Positions 17,545 through 28,215 of a stretch of 64,000 nucleotides of DNA are shown here, in pieces; within the stretch, counting starts at the first letter, position 1; each line of letters starts with the position of its first letter. This stretch comes from Candidatus Moanibacter sp. Lineage in GTDB: Bacteria > Verrucomicrobiota > Verrucomicrobiia > Opitutales > UBA2987. The position numbers and the translations under genes are program-made. A model generated the notes under the pieces. The model searched no databases. It was not told the origin of the DNA and saw only the letters and a list, made by a program, of their open reading frames with translations. The stretch spans positions 24,728-88,727 of the forward strand of contig CBDCEW010000082.1 in assembly GCA_965215885.1 (NCBI GenBank), read 5' to 3'.

Positions 17545-19461
17545 GACCTTATCCGAAAAGCTACTGATTGGCCGCAAAGAGGCGCAAAAGGCGCAAGAAA
17601 AACTTGAGAAAAATCATTTTTTGGCTTGATAAAAAGTGTCGCAACATGCTAGTGTTTAACAACCTAAGATTAAGAAAGGAGTTAAACATGCCAACATGTG
17701 CGACAGAGAAGAACAAAAGCGATAAGACGCCCCTTAGCAACCTCATTCTGCCGGTTCCAGACACGGATTTCCGTGATTTTCTGGATGAAGTTGAAGAATT
17801 GGCCGGGTTCGCGCCGCAAATCATCGAGGCGATCGAGAAGGATCTGGACGCCCATGCACGTGAGAAGAAGAAACTTCGATTGGAAGATCGAAGGTTCTTT
17901 GAAGGGCGCACAGCGGACCTGCCGGAGCTGGACATCGAGGAGGAGAATATTCTGGCTGCTGAATTGAATCTTGGGGCAGGCCGGCCGCGGATGCCGGCTT
18001 ATGCGGTATACGTGTTCGTGATGCTTCGAGGGTTTCTGGGTTCGTTGACCACGAAACCGGCACGGCGGTTTGTGCGCGAGTCGATGAGCTTGTACGGATT
18101 TTTGCAGAGCGGGGGACTGAGAATGCCGGCGGTGACGACGATTCTGGAGAACGTGAACCTGGTCAGCCATACGACCCGCGAGTTGATCTTTGATAAACAG
18201 ATTGGGTTTATCCTCCAGGAGCAATGGGACGATTTCGGGAAGCTGACGATCGACAGCACCTCGGTGAAAGCAAACAGCTGCTGGCCCACCGATGGGAAGA
18301 TTCTGAGCGGTCTTTTGATGCGGGCCAATCGTTTGGGTCAGAAGTTGCATGTCTTCGGGCTGGAGGATTTTCGCAAGGGATGGGTTGGGCGTTGGCTGGA
18401 GGAAATGGACAAGCTGGAGTTTCAGATTTGTCTGGCCGCGGGCAAACCGAAGTCGAAGGGCAAGCTGAAGAAACACTACCGGCGGTTGCTCAAGCGGGGC
18501 CGCAAGGCGGCCGACTCACTAACGGGGGAACTGAGCCATCTTGAAGAGGGCCTGTCGATGGATTCACTGCCTCCCACTCGCCGGGAGCTTCTGGAGCGGG
18601 CATTGAGCCAGATCAGGGGCGATATTGCCGACGCCAAGCGGGTTGTTGAGTATGCTCATGATCGGGTGTTTCACGAAAAGAAGCTACCGTCCACACAGAA
18701 GGTCCTGAGCCTCTCGGACGGATCGGCGGCCTACATCAAGAAGGGCAGCCGCAATCCAGTGATCGGGTACAAGCCACAACTGGTTCGCAGCGAAAACGGT
18801 TTTGTCACCAGCCTGATCGTACCGCAAGGCAACGCGGCAGACTCCATTGAGCTGGCGCCGGCCATCGGCGATTCGATCAAGCGCACCGGTGTCATTGCTG
18901 AACTGGTCAGCACCGATGACGGATATGCTTCGGCGAAGGGACGCAAGGAGGTGCTGAGCATGGGGGTAAAGCAGATCAGTATCAGTGGGGCGAAGGGCAA
19001 GAAGTTGACCACCCCCGAGGACTGGGAGAGCGAGGCGTATCGCGAGGCACGCCGCGATCGCTCCGCAGTGGAGTCGCTGATGTTCACGATTAAAGATGGA
19101 TTTGCCTTTGGCGAACTCGGCCGCCGCGGCATCGATGCGGTAGGCGATGAACTGCTCGAGAAGGTTCTGGCCTACAACTTCTGCCGCATCATACTGATGA
19201 AGAAACGCCGAGGGGAGGAACTGGAACAGGCAGCCTGAATCTGACCGCTTTGAAGCTCAGAGAAAAAAGCACCACGGGATGAGTATGCCTCCAGACAGCG
19301 GCAAATATACGTATTGTGCAGCAAGCCACGCCGATGGCCGCTCAATACCTGCTCATCGGCAGCGCCGGCAGCCTAAAACCCGAAACCTGCCAGCCATAGG
19401 CTGGTCCGCCCGTGGCGGAGAACCTTAAACCGCCCGCTCGAAAGGCTTTTCGAATGGGGTC
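17545..19461 (+). mobile_element. Insertion sequence, 1917 bp, DDE type (ISNCY/ISDol1-like, IS5-related)
   Basis: TIRs GACCTTATCCGAAAAGC / GACCCCATTCGAAAAGC (14/17); 6-bp TSD TAGATA at 17539-17544 and 19462-19467. Confidence 0.92.
17688..19238 (+). CDS. DDE transposase
   Basis: IDSTSVKANSCWPTD, DDGY, RSAVES motifs; AAGGAG RBS before ATG 17688. Confidence 0.9.
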   Translation: MPTCATEKNKSDKTPLSNLILPVPDTDFRDFLDEVEELAGFAPQIIEAIEKDLDAHAREKKKLRLEDRRFFEGRTADLPELDIEEENILAAELNLGAGRPRMPAYAVYVFVMLRGFLGSLTTKPARRFVRESMSLYGFLQSGGLRMPAVTTILENVNLVSHTTRELIFDKQIGFILQEQWDDFGKLTIDSTSVKANSCWPTDGKILSGLLMRANRLGQKLHVFGLEDFRKGWVGRWLEEMDKLEFQICLAAGKPKSKGKLKKHYRRLLKRGRKAADSLTGELSHLEEGLSMDSLPPTRRELLERALSQIRGDIADAKRVVEYAHDRVFHEKKLPSTQKVLSLSDGSAAYIKKGSRNPVIGYKPQLVRSENGFVTSLIVPQGNAADSIELAPAIGDSIKRTGVIAELVSTDDGYASAKGRKEVLSMGVKQISISGAKGKKLTTPEDWESEAYREARRDRSAVESLMFTIKDGFAFGELGRRGIDAVGDELLEKVLAYNFCRIILMKKRRGEELEQAA

Positions 19462-20691
19462 TAGATAGAACATAGGAATTCGCATTGACTCGCCGCTATT
19501 AAGAAAGGGTTGAAATAAGAGAAGAACGATCACAGAGATAGCCATATACCATCGAATGTGGTTAGTCACCGGATTACGAAACCGATAAAGGATCCCTGTA
19601 AGAAAAAATGCAGCAAACAGGTAGGAGCCTCCGGACCAAAAGTGGTTCCGAATGTTCTCCCCGATTCCTTTCAATCCCTTGTTTCCAATCTTCCGCAGAC
19701 TGATCTTCGGACCTGCCGATGTCATTGCCTTTCGAAAATACTCGGGTTCTGCTGTGGAATCACCTACCCTTAGTGCGAGATTCTGGCCCGCAAGGCCCAG
19801 TGGGTGTCCCGTCCAATATACGTTTCTGGCTAACCAGGGCGTCGCAAGAAGCAGGAAACCGATCACTACGGGCAAGACGATTTTCAGTAAATCGCGTCCA
19901 CGATATGTATAAAAGGCATATCCGAGAAAAACACCCAAAACCAATCCCGCGCTATACTCGGTGAGGAAGATGAGTCCGCCTGTCAGGCCGACTCCAAAAC
20001 TGACCGGCATAAAGTACTTTGGCAGAGCACGCGCTTCTTCCTCAAGTCTCGCACTCTCCAGAAAGCTCCATAGAAAGAAGATCAACAGTATCAGGCATAC
20101 CAGTATTGAGATTCCCGTTACCGCCATTACTTGATCCCAGAGCCCTACTGAAAAAAGGACCCCGAATAGCGATATGAGTCCCCCTCTTGGTGAATAAAGC
20201 CGGCGGCCCAGGAAATAGACCAACAAGCAGCTTATCCAGAAGAAAATAAGATTAATGACGAGCACATAGTAATCGGCATTGAACCCGGTTGGGATGACAT
20301 CCCCGACAAAGTAGGGGTCTTCCCACAAAAGTGACTCCAGTGACTCGGGAATCAGAAGCAATCCCCCGGCAATCATAGCCGGATATAATGGCGCATGGTA
20401 GAAATCCGGTAAGGCTTGATCCGGATCAAAGCTGAGGTTGTGCAGTTTCTCCAGGACAGCCACCGTCTGCGGAAAGACCACAGAGGTGGCGAAACCATCT
20501 CCTCTCGCAAGATGTTTCCCTATGAGGGTCTGTTGGATCACATACTCGGTCTGCGGACCGGCAAATCGCTTGTAGCTGTGGTAAGCCGAAAACAACAGCA
20601 CAAAAGCGACCAGCGCCAGGACGGCGAGTACCTTCTTGCCCTCCCCTATATCAAGCCAATGAACGAGGCGTTGTATATTGAATGAAAACAT
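19462..20691 (-). pseudogene. 5' part of the IS-interrupted membrane glycosyltransferase-like (GT-C/ArnT-like) gene
   Basis: Multi-TM protein with LARGDGF, HAPLYP and PWLARN..TGHP motifs; truncated at the IS. Confidence 0.8.
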
Positions 20692-20794
20692 GAATTCAGT
20701 AAGAGTCCTGAAATTCAGACAGGCGGCGATTTCTACACCCTACCTCCCTGCATAGAAGCAAGACCGACCCTCCTTTTCTAATTCCCGGGCAAAG

Positions 20795-22168
20795 CTATTC
20801 GTCCTCCCGTTCAAGCACGTCCAGTTCCGGCCACTGGGAAAGCTTGCGATGCAATGTCCTTCGGCTGATTCCCAGCAGTTTAGCTGCTTTTGTGCGATTA
20901 CCTCGCGATTCGATTAGCGCATTTCGCAGGAGCCGTTTCTTATTATCCTCTACTGACAACGGATTTGCCGTTTTTCCCGCTTCGGATACATCCAAAACTC
21001 CGCCCACAAAGTGAGGCGGCAGGTCGAATTGGGAGACCTCCCCGCCCCGCCTCATAACGACCATGTTTTCGGCCAAATTCCTCAGTTCTCTGATGTTTCC
21101 GGGCCACCGATAGCTTTCAAGAATTCTCATCGCAGTGGGAGCGATCTTCAGATCATCGGTCCCATTCTCTGTCACATAGTATCTTACCCAGTGATCGATC
21201 AGAAGAGGAATGTCCTCCTTTCGCTCCCGCAGAGATGGTAGTCTGATGGGTACGACATTCAAACGGTAGAAGAGGTCTTCTCTGAACGCTCCCTTTTTCA
21301 CTAATTCGTTCAGATCCTGATTCGTTGCCACTACCAGGCGCACGTCTACCTTAATCGGCTTGACGCTACCGAGACGTTCAAATGTCCGCAGATCGAGAAA
21401 CCGCAGAAGTTTTACCTGTGTGGAAGCATCGATTTCACCCACTTCGTCAACAAAAAGCGTACCGCCATGGGCCGCTTCAAAACGACCGATCCGTCTCTCT
21501 ACCGCTCCTGTAAAGGCTCCTTTCTCATGCCCGAATAATTCGCTCTCAAGGAGGCTTGAGGGTAAGGCCGCGCAATGAACAACGACAAACGGCCGGCGGG
21601 CGCGTTCACTGTTTTGGTGAACTGCCTGCGCAAAGAGTTCCTTTCCTGTTCCCGTTTCACCCTCCAGGAGAACAGTTGCCTTCGAGGCCGCTACCAACTT
21701 TATTTTCTCGACCACCTCCATAAGCGGTCGGGAGTTTCCTACGATCTCCTCAAGATTGAATTTCCTGTCTAAGCGCTCATGCAGCGTCTGATTTTCCCTC
21801 TCGAGGTGACGCGATTTGAGTTCGCGTTTAATTACTATCTCAAGGTTTTCCAGATTAACCGGTTTGGTGAGAAAGTCATTAGCGCCTCGCCGCATCGCTT
21901 CCACCGCGGTCTCGACACTTCCGTAGGCCGTCATCATTATCGTGACGGGAGGTTTCGAAAGACCGATTGTATGATCGATCACCGACAACCCGCTCTTTCC
22001 CGCCATCTTCAAATCCGTCAAGACGACATCAAACTCCTCGGAATCCAGGAAATTAAACGCCTCCTCGGCGTTTGCCGCCAGGTAGACTTCATACTCATTT
22101 TCGAGGGCCGCACTCAGGCCTACCCGAGTATGTCTTTCATCATCTACAATTAAAACGCTCGCCGGCAT
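20795..22168 (-). CDS. Sigma54-dependent response regulator (NtrC family)
   Basis: REC domain (VDDE, TDLKM), GETGTGKE, ESELFGHEKGAFTGA, Fis-type HTH. Confidence 0.95.
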   Translation of the reverse strand: MPASVLIVDDERHTRVGLSAALENEYEVYLAANAEEAFNFLDSEEFDVVLTDLKMAGKSGLSVIDHTIGLSKPPVTIMMTAYGSVETAVEAMRRGANDFLTKPVNLENLEIVIKRELKSRHLERENQTLHERLDRKFNLEEIVGNSRPLMEVVEKIKLVAASKATVLLEGETGTGKELFAQAVHQNSERARRPFVVVHCAALPSSLLESELFGHEKGAFTGAVERRIGRFEAAHGGTLFVDEVGEIDASTQVKLLRFLDLRTFERLGSVKPIKVDVRLVVATNQDLNELVKKGAFREDLFYRLNVVPIRLPSLRERKEDIPLLIDHWVRYYVTENGTDDLKIAPTAMRILESYRWPGNIRELRNLAENMVVMRRGGEVSQFDLPPHFVGGVLDVSEAGKTANPLSVEDNKKRLLRNALIESRGNRTKAAKLLGISRRTLHRKLSQWPELDVLEREDE

Positions 22169-22174
22169 CGTGAT

Positions 22175-22270
22175 CTAGCCCGCTTTTCTCACAAATTTGT
22201 AATTTAGCCTGGAAATCTTTTGAGATTTCCGGGCCAGGGCAGCCTTCAGTCGGCAAATGTGTGAAAAAAT
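22175..22270. mobile_element. Nested MITE-like remnants of the CCCG/YTAR family
   Basis: CTAGCCCGCTTTTCTCACAA nearly matches the sequence from 25118; inner TTAG-CCTGGAAATCT..AGATTTCCGGG-CCAG. Confidence 0.5.
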
Positions 22271-22289
22271 GTCACAGTTCGCAAGCCTA

Positions 22290-23474
22290 TTACGTCTCCA
22301 ATAGGCGCACGCGGCGGTGTTTCTGGGGAAATTGCAGAGTAACGACAGTGCCGGTACCCGACAGACTGTCGATCCCAATCTGACCCCCATGATCACGCAT
22401 GATTCTCTGCACAATCATCATCCCGAGACCGTGACCTTCCTTCTTCGTAGAGAAATAGGGTTGAAAGACTTTACTGAGGTACTCTTTATCGATACCGCTG
22501 CCAGAATCGCCGATCTGTAGAAAGACAAATTCGTCATCGCTACGTGCCCTCACCTTGATAGTTCCACCCCCTTCCATTGCTTCCGAGGCATTCTTGAGCA
22601 AGTTGAAATAGACTTGCTTAATCTGATTTGAATCACCTGAAACAACAGGTAATTTCTCACGAAACTCCACATCCACATGAATCCCCAGATCTTCCAGCTC
22701 CTGCCCCAGAAACTCCAGGACTTCCTCAAGAACCGCGAACAAGTCGAGGTCCCGAAAATCCGGCTCACGGGGACGGACGGCATCGAGAAAGTTTGCAATA
22801 ATCCCATCCAACTGGTTTAATTCATCGGTGCAGATATCCAGGGATTTTCGAATACTATCAATCGCCTTCTTGCTCGACTTTAATGGTCTAAGGCGACGCT
22901 TGATCAGTTGGAAATGAATCGTCAGGGAGTTTAGAGGATTCCCCAATTCATGAGCGACTCCGGCGGCAAGCATTATGATTGATGCTGTCTTCTCATTTTC
23001 AATCATCTCCTGGTTCGAGAGCTTCTCCTCTGTAAAATCGGAGAGTATCACGGCGAATCGTAGCGACTTCGAAGCCGAGATGTGCTCATCTTGAAAGGGC
23101 ATCAAGTAGAGACGCACATACCGGTTCTCCGGATAAGTTAGCTGTATCTCTCGAGTCACGATCGAAACTTCGGCGTAGGTCCCGTCGGCATTAAAATTCA
23201 GGGTCCGAGTCAAGTCGGGCACTAACTTCCAAAGAACCACCCGCCCCAGGTCTTTCAATTTCAAACCGATCATTTTACCCGCCGCCTCATTGGCATGCTC
23301 GACGACACCGTCTTCATCGATGACCAGGATACCCTCACGTAGTGTATCCAGAACCGTTTCAAGGAGTTTTCGCTCTTTAACGAGTCTTTGTACGAGTATA
23401 GCCAGATTAGTAGCATCGAGCTCATCGACTCTGTCCAGAAGCTTCTCCAGAGAGGTAGTCTTTCCGAAGGGCAT
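22290..23474 (-). CDS. Soluble PAS-domain sensor histidine kinase (NtrB-like)
   Basis: AHELGNPL H-box, NLLKNA, DSGSGI, GHGLG; no TM segment. Confidence 0.93.
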   Translation of the reverse strand: MPFGKTTSLEKLLDRVDELDATNLAILVQRLVKERKLLETVLDTLREGILVIDEDGVVEHANEAAGKMIGLKLKDLGRVVLWKLVPDLTRTLNFNADGTYAEVSIVTREIQLTYPENRYVRLYLMPFQDEHISASKSLRFAVILSDFTEEKLSNQEMIENEKTASIIMLAAGVAHELGNPLNSLTIHFQLIKRRLRPLKSSKKAIDSIRKSLDICTDELNQLDGIIANFLDAVRPREPDFRDLDLFAVLEEVLEFLGQELEDLGIHVDVEFREKLPVVSGDSNQIKQVYFNLLKNASEAMEGGGTIKVRARSDDEFVFLQIGDSGSGIDKEYLSKVFQPYFSTKKEGHGLGMMIVQRIMRDHGGQIGIDSLSGTGTVVTLQFPQKHRRVRLLET

Positions 23475-23482
23475 AATTCAAA

Positions 23483-24151
23483 TCACGGTCTCTTTTCCTG
23501 CAATGAAAGCAAGTTGCGGGAAAATTCTTCAATGAGCAGGGAGGCCAGCCTCTTCTTGGTGTCCGGACCTAGATTTCGAGCGCTGCCGTCGGAACCGACT
23601 ACGGTCAGGCGGTTAACATCGGAACCGAATCCAGAACCCTCTTTACCTACTTCATTGGCGACTATGATATCAACATTTTTCTCTATTAGCTTCTTTCGCG
23701 CATTGGCCTCAATGTCCTCAGTCTCGGCCGCGAATGCGACCACATACTGCCGCAATTTTCGCATCGTAAGAGTCTTCACAATGTCTCTAACCGGTTCCAG
23801 TGCGACCTCCAAGACGTCCCCACTTTTCTTAACTTTCTGCTCGGAATAGGTTACAGGGCGATAGTCCACCACGGCCGCCGACATTATCAATACGTCGCAA
23901 TCGTCGAATCGGCGATTCACCTCCAGAAACATCTCATCGCTAGTAATTACTCGAGTTAGAGAGACTCCTCGGGGCCCGCTCAACGATACGGGACCGGATA
24001 CTAATTCGACCTCCCAACCTGCATAGGCAGCGGCCTCCGCCAGCGCATAGCCCATCTTGCCGCTGGAAGGATTGCTGAGAAATCGCACGGGATCAAAATA
24101 CTCTCTCGTGGGACCCGCGGTTACGAGGCAGCGTATCTTGCTTGCTTTCAT
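23483..24151 (-). CDS. coaB: Phosphopantothenate--cysteine ligase (stand-alone CoaB)
   Basis: [38 protein letters not shown]; no CoaC domain. Confidence 0.9.
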   Translation of the reverse strand: MKASKIRCLVTAGPTREYFDPVRFLSNPSSGKMGYALAEAAAYAGWEVELVSGPVSLSGPRGVSLTRVITSDEMFLEVNRRFDDCDVLIMSAAVVDYRPVTYSEQKVKKSGDVLEVALEPVRDIVKTLTMRKLRQYVVAFAAETEDIEANARKKLIEKNVDIIVANEVGKEGSGFGSDVNRLTVVGSDGSARNLGPDTKKRLASLLIEEFSRNLLSLQEKRP

Positions 24152-24190
24152 CTCAATTGAATTAGAGGCTGCGTCAACCGACCACTGGGA

Positions 24191-24943
24191 ATGAATAGCA
24201 ACAATAACCGCGATAAAGACAACAGGGAAGTTGCCTCCAAAAGAGCGGAAGAATCGAACCCGATGAGGCAGGAGCATCTCTTTGTAAGTCTGGGACTTAA
24301 CATACTGCTCCCCTCGATAATTCTCATGAAGGGCGGCCCGTGGCTCGGACTCGATCCGAAGGAGGGGCTGATTCTGGCTTTAGCATTTCCTCTGAGCTAC
24401 GGAATTTACTATTTCGCGGCGAGGAGGAAGTACAATTTCTTCTCCATCGTTGGTTTAATCAGTATTCTGATTACAGGCGGGGTAGGATTACTGAGAATCG
24501 ACAAGGATTGGATCGCCGTGAAGGAGGCGGCTGTTCCTTCCCTCTTCGGTCTCGCCGTCCTGGTTACTTTGAAGACGCCAAGACCGCTCGTCCGGATGTT
24601 TCTCTTTAACGACCAGATCCTGGATGTTCAGAAAGTGGAAGCTGCCCTTGAGGAAACGAACAAGAGAAGCGCCTTCGAGAAACTGCTCGTGATTTGCACG
24701 ATGCTTCTCGCACTCTCATTTCTTCTCAGTGCTGCATTGAACTTTATCCTCGCGAAGATTCTCATTGTGAGCGACAGCGGGACCCCTTCCTTTAACGAAG
24801 AACTTGGACGGATGACAATATGGAGTTACCCCGTTATTGTGGTACCCTCGATGATCGTGATGATGTTCGCGCTGACAAAACTCGTCTCCGGCATTAAAGA
24901 GCTTACGGGCCTGGAGTTGGAAGACATCTTCCGGCAGCCCTAG
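24191..24943 (+). CDS. VC0807-family integral membrane protein (start may be 24263)
   Basis: [43 protein letters not shown]. Confidence 0.75.
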   Translation: MNSNNNRDKDNREVASKRAEESNPMRQEHLFVSLGLNILLPSIILMKGGPWLGLDPKEGLILALAFPLSYGIYYFAARRKYNFFSIVGLISILITGGVGLLRIDKDWIAVKEAAVPSLFGLAVLVTLKTPRPLVRMFLFNDQILDVQKVEAALEETNKRSAFEKLLVICTMLLALSFLLSAALNFILAKILIVSDSGTPSFNEELGRMTIWSYPVIVVPSMIVMMFALTKLVSGIKELTGLELEDIFRQP

Positions 24944-25117
24944 CCCGAAAATTTCACAAACCTTCTGCTACGACCGCGGATATCACTGCGTCTCAACCCC
25001 TTCCCTTGCTCGGCGACCTCAGAGGGTTCCAACACACTGTCGCCCGCCGACCTGCGAAAAGGCCCTGATACGCAGCGATCTACGCTTTCTCGCTGCGAAG
25101 TGTGTGAAATGTCCGGG
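24944..25117. mobile_element. 174-bp MITE with CTAG target duplication (IS1380-like CCCG ends)
   Basis: TIRs CCCGAAAATTTCACA / CCCGGACATTTCACA (13/15); CTAG at 24940-24943 and 25118-25121. Confidence 0.7.
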
Positions 25118-25121
25118 CTAG

Positions 25122-25216
25122 CCCGCTTTTCTAACAATTATCCGAGGAGGGCATTGCGACAAGATGCTCTTCCCAACTCTGCCCTACGGCAGAGCTTACA
25201 GGCGACAAAAAGCGGG
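25122..25216. mobile_element. 95-bp MITE abutting the previous one
   Basis: CCCGCTTTT..AAAAGCGGG flanked by CTAG and CTAC (gltA stop). Confidence 0.55.
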
Positions 25217-26527
25217 CTACTGAGACTCCTGGTTTCGCTTCGTTATTGGCACATAGTCGCGAATTTTGGAACCTGAATAGATCTGGCGTGGACGATGGAT
25301 GCGCCCTTTTGGATTTTCCGCCAATTCCTTCCAATGGGCGATCCATCCAGGCAACCTGCCGATCGCAAACATGACCGTAAACATCTCGATCGGAATTCCA
25401 ATCGCTCGAAGAATGATTCCACTGTAAAAATCCACATTGGGGTAGAGTTTTCTCTCTACAAAATAGTCGTCGCTTAAGGCGGCATCTTCGAGCCGCCGAG
25501 CAATCTCGAGCAGGGCATCCTGGCCACCCAAAGTCTTCAACACCCGATCGGCAGCCTGGCCCAGAATCCTGGCTCGCGGGTCGTAGTTTCTGTATACGCG
25601 ATGGCCAAACCCCATCAGCCGCTGTCTGCCACTTTTGGCTTCCTCAATAAAGTCGCTTCCATCGTCCCCGGAATCGCGAATATCCTCCAACATTCGGATC
25701 ACGGCCATATTAGCGCCTCCATGCAAGGGGCCCCAAAGCGCATTGATGCCGGCGGAAACCGAAGCAAAGAGATTGGCTCCCCCGGAAGCAACCATCCGGA
25801 CAGTCGAGGTGCTGCAATTTTGCTCATGATCGGCATGCAGGAGGAGAAAGAGATTGAGCGCGTCCGCTACATCACGATTCACTTCATAAGCCTTGAAAGG
25901 CTCTGTAAACATCATGTGTAGAAAATTGGAGCAGTAGCCGAGTTCCCGGTTTGGATATGTCACCGGCAACCCCTTCTGGATGCGATGAGTCATCGCCGCG
26001 ATCGTTCTGATTTTCGATATCAGGATTGCCGCCGCCTCGTCAAAGTGTTCCAGATCCTGCTTGCGATTATTGCTGGCCATCTGGGGATGATGACAGCCTA
26101 ACGTATTTGTCAACGCCGAGAGGACCGCCATTGGATGCGAATCGGGAGGTAAAGCTTCAATGACCCGCTCCATATCCACATGGACTTCAGCGTTCTGGAG
26201 TGCCTCCACGGAGAATTCATCCATCTGCTCCTGGGTCGGCAATTCCCCATAGATAATCAGATAGGCCGATTCCAGGAAATCAGACTTCTCCGCCAGTTGC
26301 TCGATGGGATATCCCCGATATCTCAGGATGCCTTTCTCACCATCGATAAAAGTGATCTTGCTTATGCACGAGCCGGTATTTCCATAACCCTCATCGAACG
26401 TGATGTAGCCACTTTGCGATCGAAGTGAACGTGTATCGACGGCGTACTCTCCCTCAGTACCCTCCAGCACAGGATAGTTAAAATTCTCGTTCTCAATCCG
26501 AATCGTTACCGTTTTGTCCAGTTTCAT
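25217..26527 (-). CDS. gltA: Citrate synthase
   Basis: [40 protein letters not shown]. Confidence 0.97.
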   Translation of the reverse strand: MKLDKTVTIRIENENFNYPVLEGTEGEYAVDTRSLRSQSGYITFDEGYGNTGSCISKITFIDGEKGILRYRGYPIEQLAEKSDFLESAYLIIYGELPTQEQMDEFSVEALQNAEVHVDMERVIEALPPDSHPMAVLSALTNTLGCHHPQMASNNRKQDLEHFDEAAAILISKIRTIAAMTHRIQKGLPVTYPNRELGYCSNFLHMMFTEPFKAYEVNRDVADALNLFLLLHADHEQNCSTSTVRMVASGGANLFASVSAGINALWGPLHGGANMAVIRMLEDIRDSGDDGSDFIEEAKSGRQRLMGFGHRVYRNYDPRARILGQAADRVLKTLGGQDALLEIARRLEDAALSDDYFVERKLYPNVDFYSGIILRAIGIPIEMFTVMFAIGRLPGWIAHWKELAENPKGRIHRPRQIYSGSKIRDYVPITKRNQESQ

Positions 26528-26539
26528 AAAATCATTCTT

Positions 26540-27139
26540 CTAAACCAGGAGGCCTTTTGTCGAGGGCAACTGACCGCTCTGCCGCTCATCAATCGAAGTA
26601 GCCAAATCGAGCGCCCGCGCGAAACCCTTAAAAACAGCCTCGATAATATGGTGAGGCTCCTCTCCGTAAAGCAGAGAGACATGGACGTTCGCTCCGGCTG
26701 TATTCGCGAAAGCCTGAAAAAACTCCCTCACCAGACCGATATTAAAATCACGCACAAACCTGTCCTCCGCCCGCACATCGTATACAAGCACAGGTCTGCC
26801 CCCCAAGTCTAGCGAAACTCGTGCCAGTGCTTCGTCCATCGGCAAAACATAAAATCCGTAGCGCCGAATTCCGAGTTTCTCTCCCAAGGCCTTTTTTACA
26901 GCCATACCGAACACGATTCCGATATCCTCCACCGTGTGGTGGTAATCCACTTCCACATCCCCTTTCGCCTGGAGTTCGATGTCGAAGAGGCCATGCCGTG
27001 AAAGCAAGTCAAACATGTGATCCAGGAATGGTATGCCCGTCTCCACAGATGCCATACCAGTTCCATCGAGATTCAAAGATAGCGAGATCCTCGTTTCCTT
27101 TGTTTCCCTCTCGATCTCGGCTATGCGCCCTGTCTCCAT
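26540..27139 (-). CDS. hisB: Imidazoleglycerol-phosphate dehydratase
   Basis: [33 protein letters not shown]. Confidence 0.97.
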   Translation of the reverse strand: METGRIAEIERETKETRISLSLNLDGTGMASVETGIPFLDHMFDLLSRHGLFDIELQAKGDVEVDYHHTVEDIGIVFGMAVKKALGEKLGIRRYGFYVLPMDEALARVSLDLGGRPVLVYDVRAEDRFVRDFNIGLVREFFQAFANTAGANVHVSLLYGEEPHHIIEAVFKGFARALDLATSIDERQSGQLPSTKGLLV

Positions 27140-28215
27140 CTATCAACGTTTTCTATAAATCGCAGCATTTCTCCTTCAGAGCCTATACTGATACGGAGGA
27201 AACTGGCTGTCAATGAGTTACCACCGAGATAGCGAACCAGAATTCTCTTCTCGAAGAGGAAATCATAAAGACTCCTGGCGACTTCCTCTCCCGAGGAGCC
27301 GTTCGCATCGACCGGTTCAGAGAAAATGAAATTCGCCTTGGAGGGATAGGTAAACCAACCGCGGGTCCGCAATTTTCTAATTATAGTTTCGCGTGATTTC
27401 ACGATCTTTCGAATAATTCTACCATGATAATCCCGATCTTCCAAAGCGGCCAATGCGCCGACTTGGCTTAGCCGATTAACATTGTAGCTGTCTCGGGCTC
27501 GATCGAGATATCGAATTATTGTGGACGAAGCGAGGGCAAAACCGACGCGCAATCCAGCCAGACTGTGCGATTTTGAGAACGTTCGAACTACTACAAGGTT
27601 GTCATGCTTTCCAAGCAGCGAAATCGCGCTTTCGGGGGCAAATCCCGCGTAGGCCTCATCGACCACTAAGAGACCCTCGAATTCATGGGATAAGGCAGAC
27701 AATTCCTCACTCTTTACCTCGATCCCGGTCGGAGCATTGGGGGAAGATAGGAAGAAAATATTAGCGCCGCAATGAAGGATTTTCTCCCGGTCCAATTCCA
27801 TCGCGCGTCCGTAGGGTATCGTGATTAGAGGGGCATTCTGCAATCCTGAGAGAACGGGATAAAGGGAATATTCCGGATCCATCGTGCCTGCAGGCCTGGC
27901 CGGACCGCTGAAACACCTGACGAGGAGGTTTAGAATGTCGTCAGATCCATTTCCGACTATTACCTGGTCCACTGCGAGGTCATGAAAAAGTGCGAGCGCT
28001 TCCCTCAGAGGAATACTTTGCGGATTCGGATAGAGAGGAATATTCTCAATCTCCGATCGAATCGCCTCTTCAACTCTCGGACTTGGAGGATAGGGGTTCT
28101 CATTCGTATTGAGTTTTATCCACCCATCGCTCTTCGGTTGCGTTCCCGGAAGATAGGGCTCGTGACTGTCGATGTGAGACAGAACATACCGCTCTGCGCT
28201 GCCCTTTCCGGTCAT
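27121..28215 (-). CDS. hisC: Histidinol-phosphate aminotransferase
   Basis: [28 protein letters not shown]...LAGLRVG. Confidence 0.95.
   Translation of the reverse strand: MTGKGSAERYVLSHIDSHEPYLPGTQPKSDGWIKLNTNENPYPPSPRVEEAIRSEIENIPLYPNPQSIPLREALALFHDLAVDQVIVGNGSDDILNLLVRCFSGPARPAGTMDPEYSLYPVLSGLQNAPLITIPYGRAMELDREKILHCGANIFFLSSPNAPTGIEVKSEELSALSHEFEGLLVVDEAYAGFAPESAISLLGKHDNLVVVRTFSKSHSLAGLRVGFALASSTIIRYLDRARDSYNVNRLSQVGALAALEDRDYHGRIIRKIVKSRETIIRKLRTRGWFTYPSKANFIFSEPVDANGSSGEEVARSLYDFLFEKRILVRYLGGNSLTASFLRISIGSEGEMLRFIENVDRWRQGA

Noticed and set aside
19342..19461. C-terminal 40 aa of ORF 19342-20691 and the N-terminus of ORF 16963-17577
   Set aside because: Read-through into the IS ends, not part of the native gene.
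24152..24277. N-terminal extension of coaB
   Set aside because: Overlaps the divergent VC0807-like gene; CoaB similarity starts at 24151.
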